Assembly: GCA_947372865.1 (NCBI GenBank)
Contig: CANBVJ010000001.1
Coordinates: forward strand, 81,772-145,771
Reading direction: 5' to 3'
Length of the DNA: 64,000 nt
Origin: Comamonadaceae bacterium
GTDB lineage: Bacteria > Pseudomonadota > Gammaproteobacteria > Burkholderiales > Burkholderiaceae_C
A program made the position numbers and the translations under genes. Shown here piece by piece: positions 49,010 to 58,200 of this stretch; the first letter of the stretch is position 1; the number at the start of each line of letters is the position of its first letter. The notes under the pieces were generated by a model that did no database searches, had not been told where the DNA came from, and was given only the letters and a program-made list of their open reading frames with translations.

Positions 49010-50260
49010 ATGGCCACTTTGCACCCCACACGCCGCGTTTTGGCGCTTATGCCCTTGTATGTGCAGCGGTTTGCGTGCACCGGTGCGCAGTGCGAAGACA
49101 CGTGCTGTTCGGGCTGGACGGTGGTGATTGACAAAAAAACCTACCAGTCGTACCGGCAAACCAAAACCCCGCCGCTAGGTGGGCGCCTGGACGCCCAAGT
49201 CAAACGCATGCGCAGCGCGGCGTCAGACGCCAACTATGGCCGCATTGAACTGCGGCCCGACACTGGCGAATGCCCCATGCTCGAAGAACGCCTTTGCTCG
49301 GTGCAAAACGCGCTCGGTGAAGACAAGCTCTCTAACGTCTGCTTTACCTACCCCCGCAAAGTGCAGCAGGCAGGCGACGTCTGCCAGCAAGCGCTCACTT
49401 TGTCGTGCCCCGAGGCCGCGCGCCTGGCGCTACTGGCAGACGACGCGTTTGAATTTGTGGAAAGCGACATCGCCGTGCGGCCCGCCGTGGTGGAACAGGT
49501 GCTGCCCAAGTGGGGCCTGAGCTTGGAGCAAATGAACGAGGTCCGTTTTTTTTGCCTGCAGATTGTTCGCGGCGAGGGCCTGCAACTCTGGCAAAAACTG
49601 GCCATGCTGGGGCTGTTTTGCGAAACCTTGACCCAGGCCCTGCAAGCCGGAGAACAAGACCGCCTGGCTGAAACCATGCAGACCACCCGCACGCTGATTA
49701 CCAGCGGGCAAGCCGCCGACTTGTTTGCCAACATGGCCCCGCAGCACGACATGCAGGCGCTGACCTTTCATTTGCTGTGGCGGTTTTCCAAGACCATCCA
49801 CATGCGCCCCACGCACCGCATGGTGTTTGACGCGATGGCCGACGGCCTGGGCGCCGACCCTAAGACCGGCGAGGTGCCCGAGGCGCAGCTTATTGCCCGC
49901 TACCAGCAAGGGCTGGCTTTGCTGCCCACGGCTTTGCAAGACGCCCCGGCCTTGATGCAAAACTTTGTGCAAAACGACATGCTGCGCGAGATCTTTCCGT
50001 TTGGCGCCAGCGGTGGCAACGACAGCCCACAAGACCAGTTTTTGCGCCTGGCCACACGGTATGGCCTCGTGCGCTTCATGCTGGCCGTGCAATGCCGCGC
50101 CGATGCGCCACTGCCGGGCGTGCCCGCCCTGGTGCGCACGGTGCAGGTGTTTGCGCGGCGCTTTCAGCATGACAGTGGGTTTGCCGCGCAGGTGGACACC
50201 TGCTTGAAGAGCTTGGGCTGGGACCCGCTCGACAAGATTTTCAGGCTGCTCAAACCTTAA
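49010..50260 (+). CDS. fliB: FliB-family flagellin lysine-N-methylase
   Basis: 416 aa. The N-terminal Cys cluster FACTGAQCEDTCCSGWTVVIDKKTYQSY matches my recollection of the FliB F.C.G..C.D.CC.GW....DK motif. Convergent with fliC. An alternative ATG lies at 49049. Confidence 0.75.
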   Translation: MATLHPTRRVLALMPLYVQRFACTGAQCEDTCCSGWTVVIDKKTYQSYRQTKTPPLGGRLDAQVKRMRSAASDANYGRIELRPDTGECPMLEERLCSVQNALGEDKLSNVCFTYPRKVQQAGDVCQQALTLSCPEAARLALLADDAFEFVESDIAVRPAVVEQVLPKWGLSLEQMNEVRFFCLQIVRGEGLQLWQKLAMLGLFCETLTQALQAGEQDRLAETMQTTRTLITSGQAADLFANMAPQHDMQALTFHLLWRFSKTIHMRPTHRMVFDAMADGLGADPKTGEVPEAQLIARYQQGLALLPTALQDAPALMQNFVQNDMLREIFPFGASGGNDSPQDQFLRLATRYGLVRFMLAVQCRADAPLPGVPALVRTVQVFARRFQHDSGFAAQVDTCLKSLGWDPLDKIFRLLKP

Positions 50261-50284
50261 AAGGTGTTGGCCCCAACGCAAAGC

Positions 50285-50312
50285 AAAAAGCCACCGCAAG
50301 CGGTGGCTTTTT
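50285..50312. terminator. Bidirectional rho-independent terminator between fliB and fliC
   Basis: AAAAA-GCCACCG-CAAG-CGGTGGC-TTTTT. A second GC hairpin, GCCGGGCG-CAG-CGCCCGGC, lies at 50321-50339 immediately after the fliC stop. Confidence 0.8.
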
Positions 50313-50349
50313 GTTGCAAGCCGGGCGCAGCGCCCGGCGGATGCAAACC

Positions 50350-51501
50350 TTACTTGAGCAAGGCCAGCACGCTTTGTTGCGACTGGTTGGCTTGCGCCAG
50401 CATGGCGGTCGATGCCTGGGCGATGATCTGGGTACGAGCCAGTTCGGTCGACGCTTTGGCGTAGTCAGTATCCTGCACACGGCTGCGGGAGGCAGACGCG
50501 TTTTGCGAGATGTTGGCCAAGTTGTCGGCGGTGTAGGTCAGGCGGTTGATGCCAGCACCCAGGTTGGAGCGTGATGCATTAACGTCCGTCAACGCGGTAG
50601 AGACTTCCGTGATCGCCGCTTGCGCAGCGGATTGGGTGCTGATGTTGCCTGTCACCATTGATGTGCCACCAGTCGACTTTGTCAACGTCTCGCTAAAGGG
50701 AACGGTCCCCGTGAGCACCACGGTGTTGGTGTCAGATGTTGCCACTGCCGTAGTGCCAGTAAGAATGCCAGAAGCGGTGAGTCCCGAGGCGATATTCGCG
50801 GCCACTGTGGCACCGCGAGCGGCGGCATCAGCACCGGTCATATCCGCTGCAGTTACCTGGTAAGAGAAACTTTTGCCATTGACATTCGTCGTGTAAGTTG
50901 CACCAAGGGTTGGGACAATGGCATCCGATGTTTGGATCAAACCAGTGGCATCGGGAGTCAGGGCCACGGTGGCTGGAGCTGCGCCTGCTACACCACCGAT
51001 GTGCACTTGCATACGTTGGGCTGCTGCGTCGTTAGCGCCAATTTGGAAGGTAAAGTTGCCGCTGTTGTCGCCTGCAGCGCCCGATCCGTCCAAAATGTTC
51101 ATGCCGTTCCACTGCGTGGTGGAGCCAACGCGTCCGATTTCAGTTTTGAGGGCAGAAAACTCATTGTTCAAAGCCGTGCGGTCTGAACCGACGTTCGTGT
51201 CGGAAGCGGCTTGCACTGCCAGTTCACGCATACGTTGCAGCATGTCGTTGACTGCACTCAAGGCGCCGTCAGCCGTTTGCAACATGGAAATTGCGTCGTT
51301 GGCGTTGCGAACCGATTGGTCCAGACCGCGGATTTGCGAGGTCATCTTGGATGCGATGGCCAGGCCGGCGGCGTCGTCCTTGGCGCCGTTGATGCGCAGG
51401 CCGGTGGACAGTTGTTGCATGGCTTTGGACTGGGCCAAACCGTTGGAGCTCATGGCGTTTTGGGCGATGAGCGAGCTGACGTTGGTGTTAATGACTGACA
51501 T
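50350..51501 (-). CDS. fliC: Flagellin
   Basis: 383 aa. It has a conserved N-terminus (INTNVSSLIAQN...LSTGLRINGAKDDAAGLAIA) and C-terminus (SRVQDTDYAKASTELARTQIIAQASTAMLAQANQ). The central variable domain is Ala/Thr/Gly-rich. Confidence 0.95.
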   Translation of the reverse strand: MSVINTNVSSLIAQNAMSSNGLAQSKAMQQLSTGLRINGAKDDAAGLAIASKMTSQIRGLDQSVRNANDAISMLQTADGALSAVNDMLQRMRELAVQAASDTNVGSDRTALNNEFSALKTEIGRVGSTTQWNGMNILDGSGAAGDNSGNFTFQIGANDAAAQRMQVHIGGVAGAAPATVALTPDATGLIQTSDAIVPTLGATYTTNVNGKSFSYQVTAADMTGADAAARGATVAANIASGLTASGILTGTTAVATSDTNTVVLTGTVPFSETLTKSTGGTSMVTGNISTQSAAQAAITEVSTALTDVNASRSNLGAGINRLTYTADNLANISQNASASRSRVQDTDYAKASTELARTQIIAQASTAMLAQANQSQQSVLALLK

Positions 51502-51567
51502 GGTATTTCTCCTTCAAGGGGTACTTAGGGTTGACAAGAAATCCGTTGTGGTGTCTTGTTACTTAAT

Positions 51568-51594
51568 GAATCGGTTGCTGTAGCGGAAACTTGA
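51568..51594 (-). promoter_or_regulatory. Sigma-28 (FliA) promoter of fliC
   Basis: The minus strand reads TCAAGTTT-N11-ACCGATTC, against the consensus TAAAGTTT-N11-GCCGATAA. It is followed by a GGAGAAA RBS about 7 nt before the fliC ATG. Confidence 0.7.
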
Positions 51595-51613
51595 GTAGGT
51601 TTGAAAAATAATT

Positions 51614-51994
51614 TCATACTTTTGCGTTTAACAAGAGTCCTTTCATGTCGTCGATGCTGTGGGCCATTTGGATGACCACATCGGTAGGGATCTTGCGAAC
51701 CACTTCGCCGGTTTCTGCATTGGTCACGGTGACCACCGGACGGTTCAGGCTTTGGTCGATGGAAAAACCCAGGCCGGTTTTTTTGGATTCCATCTGGTCG
51801 TTCAAGGAACGCACCGCTTCTTGCAAATTGCGCTGGGCCTGGGCCGCGTCATAACGAATATCAATGGGCTTGGGTGCGCTTACTTTGGGCGCGCTGGACT
51901 GGTCGGCCACGGCGCTGCGTGACGCAAGGGCCTGGGCCAAAGCCGCAGCGGGCGCGCGGGATGCGCTGCTAACGGCTTGAATGTCAGAGGTCAT
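51614..51994 (-). CDS. flaG: FlaG-family flagellar protein
   Basis: 126 aa from ATG 51994 (RBS AAAGGA). The C-terminal block LGFSIDQSLNRPVVTVTNAETGEVVRKIPTD is typical of FlaG. Confidence 0.85.
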   Translation of the reverse strand: MTSDIQAVSSASRAPAAALAQALASRSAVADQSSAPKVSAPKPIDIRYDAAQAQRNLQEAVRSLNDQMESKKTGLGFSIDQSLNRPVVTVTNAETGEVVRKIPTDVVIQMAHSIDDMKGLLLNAKV

Positions 51995-52085
51995 GGTGTG
52001 CCATCCTTTCTTTGTCGGTACCGGCAGCGCCGTGGGCCTTGCCAGGTGCAACGGGTGTTGCTGAAATTAAACCTATGTGGCTTAA

Positions 52086-52112
52086 GAATCGGCAGCTCTG
52101 GCAAGAACTTGA
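52086..52112 (-). promoter_or_regulatory. Sigma-28 (FliA) promoter of flaG
   Basis: The minus strand reads TCAAGTTC-N11-GCCGATTC, followed by CTTAAGCC as at the fliD promoter. Confidence 0.65.
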
Positions 52113-52130
52113 GGATTGCGTGCGCATTTT

Positions 52131-54290
52131 TTACTTATTGGTATAGGTGGCCATCATGCCGGCGTAGGTGGCCGTCATGCTGTTGCGCAAGGTGGTGGAT
52201 TGGCCCACGATGCTGTCCATGGCCGAAAACTGTGCCAGGTAGCGCGCCTTGAGCTTGGTCATACGGTCTTCCAATGTAAGCAGGTCTTTTTTGTAGCTGC
52301 TGATCTTGGTGGTGGCGTTGGCACTGTTGGTGCTGATGGAGCCGGTGCTCGCCAGCAGGGCCGTGAGCTTCTTTACGGCGTTACCCGCCACGCCGCCGTC
52401 CAGCGTGCTGTAGCTGCTGAGGTTTTCGCGGTTGGCCGAGAGCAGGGTGACGGCGTTGTCAAAGTTGCTGCTCAGGGCGGTGCCCAGCATGGTGGTGTCC
52501 AGCGCAAGGACGCCCTTGCTGTCAATGGACACGCCCAGATCCCGCAGGGCGGTCATGTTGCCCGAGGCCGGCGCGTTGGCGGCGGCACCGCCCAACACCA
52601 TGGCCCGTATTTGGCTGCGCACCTGGCCCACGAGCGAGTTGCCTACCAAGGACGCGCCGTAATCGGCCACGGTGGACTTGGGGTCGGACACGACACCGAG
52701 CATGCTGACCGCGTCGTTGTAGGCGGTGACCAAGGCCTGCAGCTTGGTGGTGACGGCGGATGTGTCGCGCGAGAAGCTAAGCGTGGCGGGTGTGCCGGGC
52801 GTGGTTTTGGCGGACAGGTTCAGCGTCACGCCCGATACCGCGTCTTGCACTTGGTTGCTGCTGGAGGTGATGGCTACGCCGTCTACCGTGAGCGTTGCGT
52901 TGCTGGCAGTTTGCGTGGTGGTGCCAAAGTTGAGCGCGGCCACGGCGGCCATGTCGGTGCTGGTGCTGACGGCCAGGTCTGCCACATTGGTGCTGACGCT
53001 GCTGCTGGTGGCGGTGAACGACGCGCCGGTGGATGCGCCCGTTGCAAAGCCGCTCAGGCTGCCTGTGTAGTTTCCTTTTGCCGTGCCCGCGCCGCTGGTG
53101 GCGCCGTCGGCCAAAGCACCAAAGGCATCCGCCAGTTCGGACGCGCTCACGGCGCTGGTGGCGGTGTAGGTGAGTCCTGCAACCGTCACGCTTTGCCCCA
53201 CGCCCAAGCCGCTGCCAAAGCTAATGGCAGAGGCTTCAGTGGCCAAGCTGCCGGGGGTGGCGTTGCCCTGGCTAGTGACCAGTGTTGGTTTGCCAGCCGC
53301 CAAAGCAATGCCGGCCACGCGCAGGTCGGTCACGTCGCTGCTGCTGGTGCTGCTGGTTGCGGTGATGGTGTTGCCACCACTGACTGCACTCGTGGCAAAG
53401 CCCGTCAAGCTGCCAGAGTAGCTGCCTTTGGCAGTGCCTGCGGCGCTGGTGGTAGCGCCTGCGGCCAGGGACGCAAAGGCCGTGGCAAGCTCTGAGGCGC
53501 TGACCGCACTAGTGGCGGTGTAGGTCAGTCCGCCCACGGTCATGCTTTGGCCAATGGCCAGGCCCGCGCCAAACGCAACTCTCGACGATTCAGTGACCAG
53601 GCTGCCGGTGGCAGCGCTGCCCTGAGTGGTGGTGACGGTGGGGTTACCGGGCATGGCCTGGCTGGTCATGGTGAAGTCATTGGCAGCACCCGACGTGCCC
53701 GTGAGCATGATCTTGAAGGGCGCGGCGGCGTCGCCGGTGTTGACGATTTGTGCGTTCACGCCCAGACCGGCTTGGTTAATGGCATAGGCCACACCCCGGG
53801 GCGTGGTGTCTGTGATGGCAATACTTGTGGGTGTGCCACCGTGCACCGACAGCAAAACATTAAAGGGCGCGTTGCCGTTGATGGGCGTAGAGCCGCTGGC
53901 AAAGCCGCCGCTCACATTGCGTTGGGCTGCCGCGAGTTGCGTCACCTCAATCGTGTGGGTCCCAGTGGTAGCGGTCGCGCCTGCGGTAACGGTTAGGGCG
54001 CTGGGCTGGCTGTTAACGGGCGTTAGCGAGTTGAAAGAGCTTTGGTCTTTCAGGGCGGCAAATGCGGTTTGCAAGTTGCCCAGCACGTATTTGATGGCGC
54101 TGTAGCCCGAAATATTGGCAGTTGAACTGGCGATGCGCTTGTCGATGACGGCTTTGGCGGGCGCGCGCTCGGCCTCGGTCAGGCTGGTGGTCAGCGCCTG
54201 TATGTCCATGCCCGAGCCTGCACCCAAGAGGTTCGTGATCTGGCTGGGGCTGGTGGCACCCGTGCTCGTGGTAGTGCTGGTGGTGGACAT
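52131..54290 (-). CDS. fliD: Flagellar filament cap protein FliD (enlarged, 719 aa)
   Basis: The N-terminal FliD_N block (GSGMDIQALTTSLTEAERAP...I.....IS.YS) and C-terminal FliD_C block (YKKDLLTLEDRMTKLKARYLAQFSAMDSIV) are present. The centre carries a tandem duplication. Confidence 0.9.
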   Translation of the reverse strand: MSTTSTTTSTGATSPSQITNLLGAGSGMDIQALTTSLTEAERAPAKAVIDKRIASSTANISGYSAIKYVLGNLQTAFAALKDQSSFNSLTPVNSQPSALTVTAGATATTGTHTIEVTQLAAAQRNVSGGFASGSTPINGNAPFNVLLSVHGGTPTSIAITDTTPRGVAYAINQAGLGVNAQIVNTGDAAAPFKIMLTGTSGAANDFTMTSQAMPGNPTVTTTQGSAATGSLVTESSRVAFGAGLAIGQSMTVGGLTYTATSAVSASELATAFASLAAGATTSAAGTAKGSYSGSLTGFATSAVSGGNTITATSSTSSSDVTDLRVAGIALAAGKPTLVTSQGNATPGSLATEASAISFGSGLGVGQSVTVAGLTYTATSAVSASELADAFGALADGATSGAGTAKGNYTGSLSGFATGASTGASFTATSSSVSTNVADLAVSTSTDMAAVAALNFGTTTQTASNATLTVDGVAITSSSNQVQDAVSGVTLNLSAKTTPGTPATLSFSRDTSAVTTKLQALVTAYNDAVSMLGVVSDPKSTVADYGASLVGNSLVGQVRSQIRAMVLGGAAANAPASGNMTALRDLGVSIDSKGVLALDTTMLGTALSSNFDNAVTLLSANRENLSSYSTLDGGVAGNAVKKLTALLASTGSISTNSANATTKISSYKKDLLTLEDRMTKLKARYLAQFSAMDSIVGQSTTLRNSMTATYAGMMATYTNK
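52968..53633 (-). repeat. Tandem duplication (two units of about 118 aa / 354 nt) inside fliD
   Basis: Unit 1 (aa 220-337) and unit 2 (aa 338-441) both read QG.A..GSL.TE.S...FG.GL..GQS.TV.GLTYTATSAVSASELA.AF..LA.GAT..AGTAKG.Y.GSL.GFAT......TATSS.....V.DL.V. Roughly two thirds of residues are identical by eye, and the repeat is also obvious at DNA level. Confidence 0.85.
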
Positions 54291-54321
54291 GAAGGCTAAA
54301 TAAGTGAGGTCACTGGCTTAA

Positions 54322-54348
54322 GCATCGGCACGGACACGCTGACCTTGA
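54322..54348 (-). promoter_or_regulatory. Sigma-28 (FliA) promoter of fliD
   Basis: The minus strand reads TCAAGGTC-N11-GCCGATGC followed by CTTAAGCC, in the 68-nt flgL-fliD gap. Confidence 0.65.
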
Positions 54349-54358
54349 GCGGCGTGGC

Positions 54359-55282
54359 TTACTTCAGATAGTTGAATAGCGAGAGCTGCGAAATCTTGGC
54401 GAAACTGGCTTGCGCGGCTTGCATGGCCGTCATCTGCACGTTCATTTTGGTAATAGCGCTTGCGTAGTCCAGGTCTTCGACCGAAGACAGGGCTGTTTTT
54501 AGCGTGAGCTTGGTATCGGTCAAGATGGCGCTTTGCTGGTCCAACACATTGAGGTTGGTGCCGACATCGGCCTGGGCCAGCAACACGCCTTCGCTGAGCT
54601 TGTCCACCTCGCCCATTCCGCGCTGGACAGCGGTAATGTTCGAAGTTTTTGTGCCAGCAATCAGGTCATCGAGCGCCTGGAAAAATCCCACCCCTTCGCT
54701 GCTGCCGTCCGCGGCAGTGCGCACTACGCGTACAAAGGCGCTGGTGCCTGGGCGATTCAGGGTGGTGGTGCTGCGCTCGCCCACGGCAATATTGGTTTTG
54801 GCCTGGTCACCCTGGTAGCTCACGCTGCCGTCAGATGCGGTTTGGAACGCTGGTGTCTTGCTTTTGCTACCTGAAAAAATATAGTTTCCACCCGTGTCCT
54901 GGCTGTTCGCCAAACTGAGCAATTGGTCACGCATGGCTTGCATTTCGGTGGCAATGGCCACGCGTGCCGTGGGGTCCACGGTGTCGTTGGCGGCTTGGAT
55001 GGACAACTCTTTGATGCGGATCAGGGCATCGTTGGCGCTGCCCAGTGTGGAGTCTTCAAAGTTCAGCCGCATTTGCGCTGTGTCCACATTGCTGGCAAAG
55101 CTGTCTTGTCGGCCAATCACCGATTTCAGACGGCTGATGGCAGCTGCCTGGTCGGGCGCGTCGCTGGGGTTGAGCACCTGTTTTTTGCTGGCAATTTGGG
55201 CCTGCGAGCGGGTGAGCTCGTTTTGCAAATTGCTCATCTGGGTGCCCGCGCGATCAAACAACAGGCTGGTGGATATCTGCAT
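54359..55282 (-). CDS. flgL: Flagellar hook-associated protein 3 (FlgL)
   Basis: 307 aa. It has a flagellin-like N-terminus (MQISTSLLFDR....M..LQ..L...Q.QI.S.K) and C-terminus (EDLDYASAITKMNVQMTAMQAAQASFAKISQLSLFNYL). Confidence 0.9.
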   Translation of the reverse strand: MQISTSLLFDRAGTQMSNLQNELTRSQAQIASKKQVLNPSDAPDQAAAISRLKSVIGRQDSFASNVDTAQMRLNFEDSTLGSANDALIRIKELSIQAANDTVDPTARVAIATEMQAMRDQLLSLANSQDTGGNYIFSGSKSKTPAFQTASDGSVSYQGDQAKTNIAVGERSTTTLNRPGTSAFVRVVRTAADGSSEGVGFFQALDDLIAGTKTSNITAVQRGMGEVDKLSEGVLLAQADVGTNLNVLDQQSAILTDTKLTLKTALSSVEDLDYASAITKMNVQMTAMQAAQASFAKISQLSLFNYLK

Positions 55283-55298
55283 GGTGGTGTCTTCGGGT

Positions 55299-58200
55299 TT
55301 AGCGGATTTGCAGCACGCTGTCGAACAGTTGGCTGGCGACTTGCAGGGCTTTGGCTGCGGCCTGGTAGGCCTGCTGGTAGCGGATCAGGTCACCGGCTTC
55401 TTTGTCCAGGCTCACGCCGGCCACCTGGTCGCGTGAGGTGACGGCCTGGTCATGCACCACGGTCAGCGCGGTTTGCGAGATGGTCGCCTGGTGGGCAATA
55501 TTGCCCATTTCATTGACGTGGTCGATGTACGCGTTGGACAAGGTCTTGTTGCCGACCACGGCCTTGCTTTCGAGTGCGTTGAGGGAGAGCATGTTTTCGT
55601 TGTTGCCCACACCGTCCGAGTTGCCGTCCATGGTGAACTGGTCGCCTTGTTTGGGCGGCGAAGTAAACGTGAGCTGCAAGCCCAAGTAGCTGATGCCCGG
55701 ATCAAGGTGGACCGGATCAAACACGCGGTCTGCCACCACGGTGTTGGTGGACACGTCGGTAATTTGGTAGTGGGTGTCCGACAAAAACGCCACTTTCATG
55801 GGGTTGGTGCGCAGCGCCTGCTTGGCGTCGATGGCTTCGCCGGAATAGCTGGCCGACACGGTGGCAGTGCCGGCAGCACCGGTCACTAAGACGACCAAGT
55901 CATCTTTGGCTTGGCCCGTAATGAATGCGCCCGTGCGAAAACCCAGTTGCGTCAAATCGGCCGGACTCCCAGCGCTGCCAAAGCCGAGTTGAATGGGTTT
56001 GGTAATAGGCGTGCCGTTGACGTCGGTGAGTGGCTGAGTGAGACTGATCTGGCCCCGGTAGGTTCCGCCAGCAATTCCCATGGTGTTGGGGGAGCCGGTA
56101 TTGACCAGGTTGGAGATGGAAATGTCCTCGCCTTCGTGGCCGGCTGCGTTGGACAGCACGAGTTGGCCATTAACTGTCAAAGTGGCTCGCACATTGCTGG
56201 TAGGTGCGGCGTTAATGGCGGCGACCAGGTCTTGCGGCGTGCCAAGCGCCGAGGTGTCAATGCTGACGCCATTGAGCACCAGCGAGGAGGCCGTCAAATT
56301 GAGCTGTTTGGCATCTATCCGGATGTCGTTGAACGCGCTGGCGCTCACACCGGTCTGCGTGCTGATGGTATTGATCCAGTTTGCGACCGCCGCCGCGTTG
56401 GCCACAGGCGAGGCAAGTGCGGGCAAGGGCACGCCGTCAAGGGTGAGTGCATTGGCCGCAACGCCGTTGCCCAAATCTTGGATGCGGCCGCCTTGCAGCT
56501 GAGCAGCAAAGGGCTTGGTGCCAGAAATCTGGTCCTTGCTGTTGTAAACCGGTTGCAGCTGGACGCTGGCCTGAGCGCCGTAGAAAACGTCCATGCCCTT
56601 ATACGCCAATTTCACGCCTGCACCAAAGACGATGCCAGAACTAAGCGACTGAGTCAGGCCTGGGCGTGCCGGGGACGTGGGGTTGCTCGTCAGTAGGAGC
56701 TTGGTCGGGTCATTAGGGTCCGCCGCAATGCCGGTAATCCCGGCGGTAGCGGCACCCGCTCCGGCCAGAATACTCGCTTTTTGGGCCAGGATGGCGCTAG
56801 CAGTGCCGGCCGCACTGTCGCCAGCCCTGGCGCCCGCAATGGCAATGCCCAAAAAGCTGGGCGCTGCCGTGGCAGTACCGCTGATCTGTACCGACTGCTT
56901 GGCCCCGTTGAGGTAGGCATCGCTATAGCTGGCGCCCGCCGCAAAGCCGTTGTCCTGAGTCATCACGCTTCCGAGCAGTGCGCTGTTGCCGGCCATCGAC
57001 TGGCCTATGAGCTGGCGGCCGTCGCGCGTCAACACCTGCAGCTGTTGACCTGGCTGCAGGCTGTCCAGGTAGATGCTTACATCCTGCATGCCGCTGGGAA
57101 TGATGGCCACTGCAGTGGCAGGAATGCTGCGCGAGACGGTGATCGTTTTGGCCGCGCTGGGGCTATCATTGTTGACCATTGCGGTAGTCAATGTAGCGGG
57201 GGCTATGCTTGGCGTTGAAGCCGGGTCAGCGTAGGCCAAGGTTGCGTTGGCGCTGCCGGTGTTGTTCGCGCCCTCCGTGACCCGAAACTGCGCTGCGGCT
57301 GCCACGAGCAATGGGTCTTCGAAAGCGACCGTCATACCGGCTGACGCATAGGCTGCTGTCGGGTCTATCTTGAACAAGGCTTGCCCGGGGTTTCCATAGG
57401 CGTCCACGCCTTGTTCATGAATAGTGTTGGTCTGGTCTACAAAAGTTTTCGCCAGGTTGTCCAGCGCGCTTTGGGAGTTGCCCAGCACCTGCGCACGAAA
57501 GGCCATCAGGCCCGACAAGGTGCCGCTGGTAATGCCTGCCAAGGGCGTGGCCTTGCCATAGGGGTCAAGCATCAGCGCTGCTTTTTCAGAGGATGCGGCG
57601 TCGTAATTGGCACCGATGGGGGTGACCGTCGTGCCACTGACCACAATGTCCTGGTTGACCGTGGGGCCCAGGCTCACGGTGACTTGGCCGTTGGTGCTAA
57701 AGCGCGTGTTGACATGCGCAAACGTTGACAGGTCCTTGAGCAGCAAGTCGCGCTGGTCCAGCAGGTCGGGCGGTTGGGCCGCCTCCGTCAATTGCTTGGT
57801 GAGCTGGCCGTTGACCACGCCGAGCTGTTTGGTCAGCGTGTTTACCTGCGAAACCGCGTTGTCGATCGCGCTTTGGGTTTCGTTCTCGATCAAACTGAGC
57901 TGCTGGGACAATTGCCCAAACCGTTGCGCCACGCCTTGGGCGTCACGCACAAAGCTGCTGCGCAGCACGGTGGACGAGGTGTCGGCCGACAGCGCCCGTG
58001 CCGAGGTAAAAAATTGGTCCAAGGCCGTGTTCAGGCCCATGGTTTGGCCGCCCATCACATCAACCACGCGGTTGGCGTAGTTGACCATGGGTCCTTGGGC
58101 GGACACGTCGCTGTTGGTGTTGCGCAGGTTGGATTCGACAAATGCGTCGTACTGCCGCTTGACGCTGTTGACCACCACGCCCGAGCCCAAAAACAGGCCG

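Noticed and set aside
52968-53633. Repetitive DNA that might be mistaken for a CRISPR or VNTR array.
   Set aside because: It has only two long (about 354-nt) diverged units, in frame within fliD, with no short direct repeats or spacers. It is a protein domain duplication.
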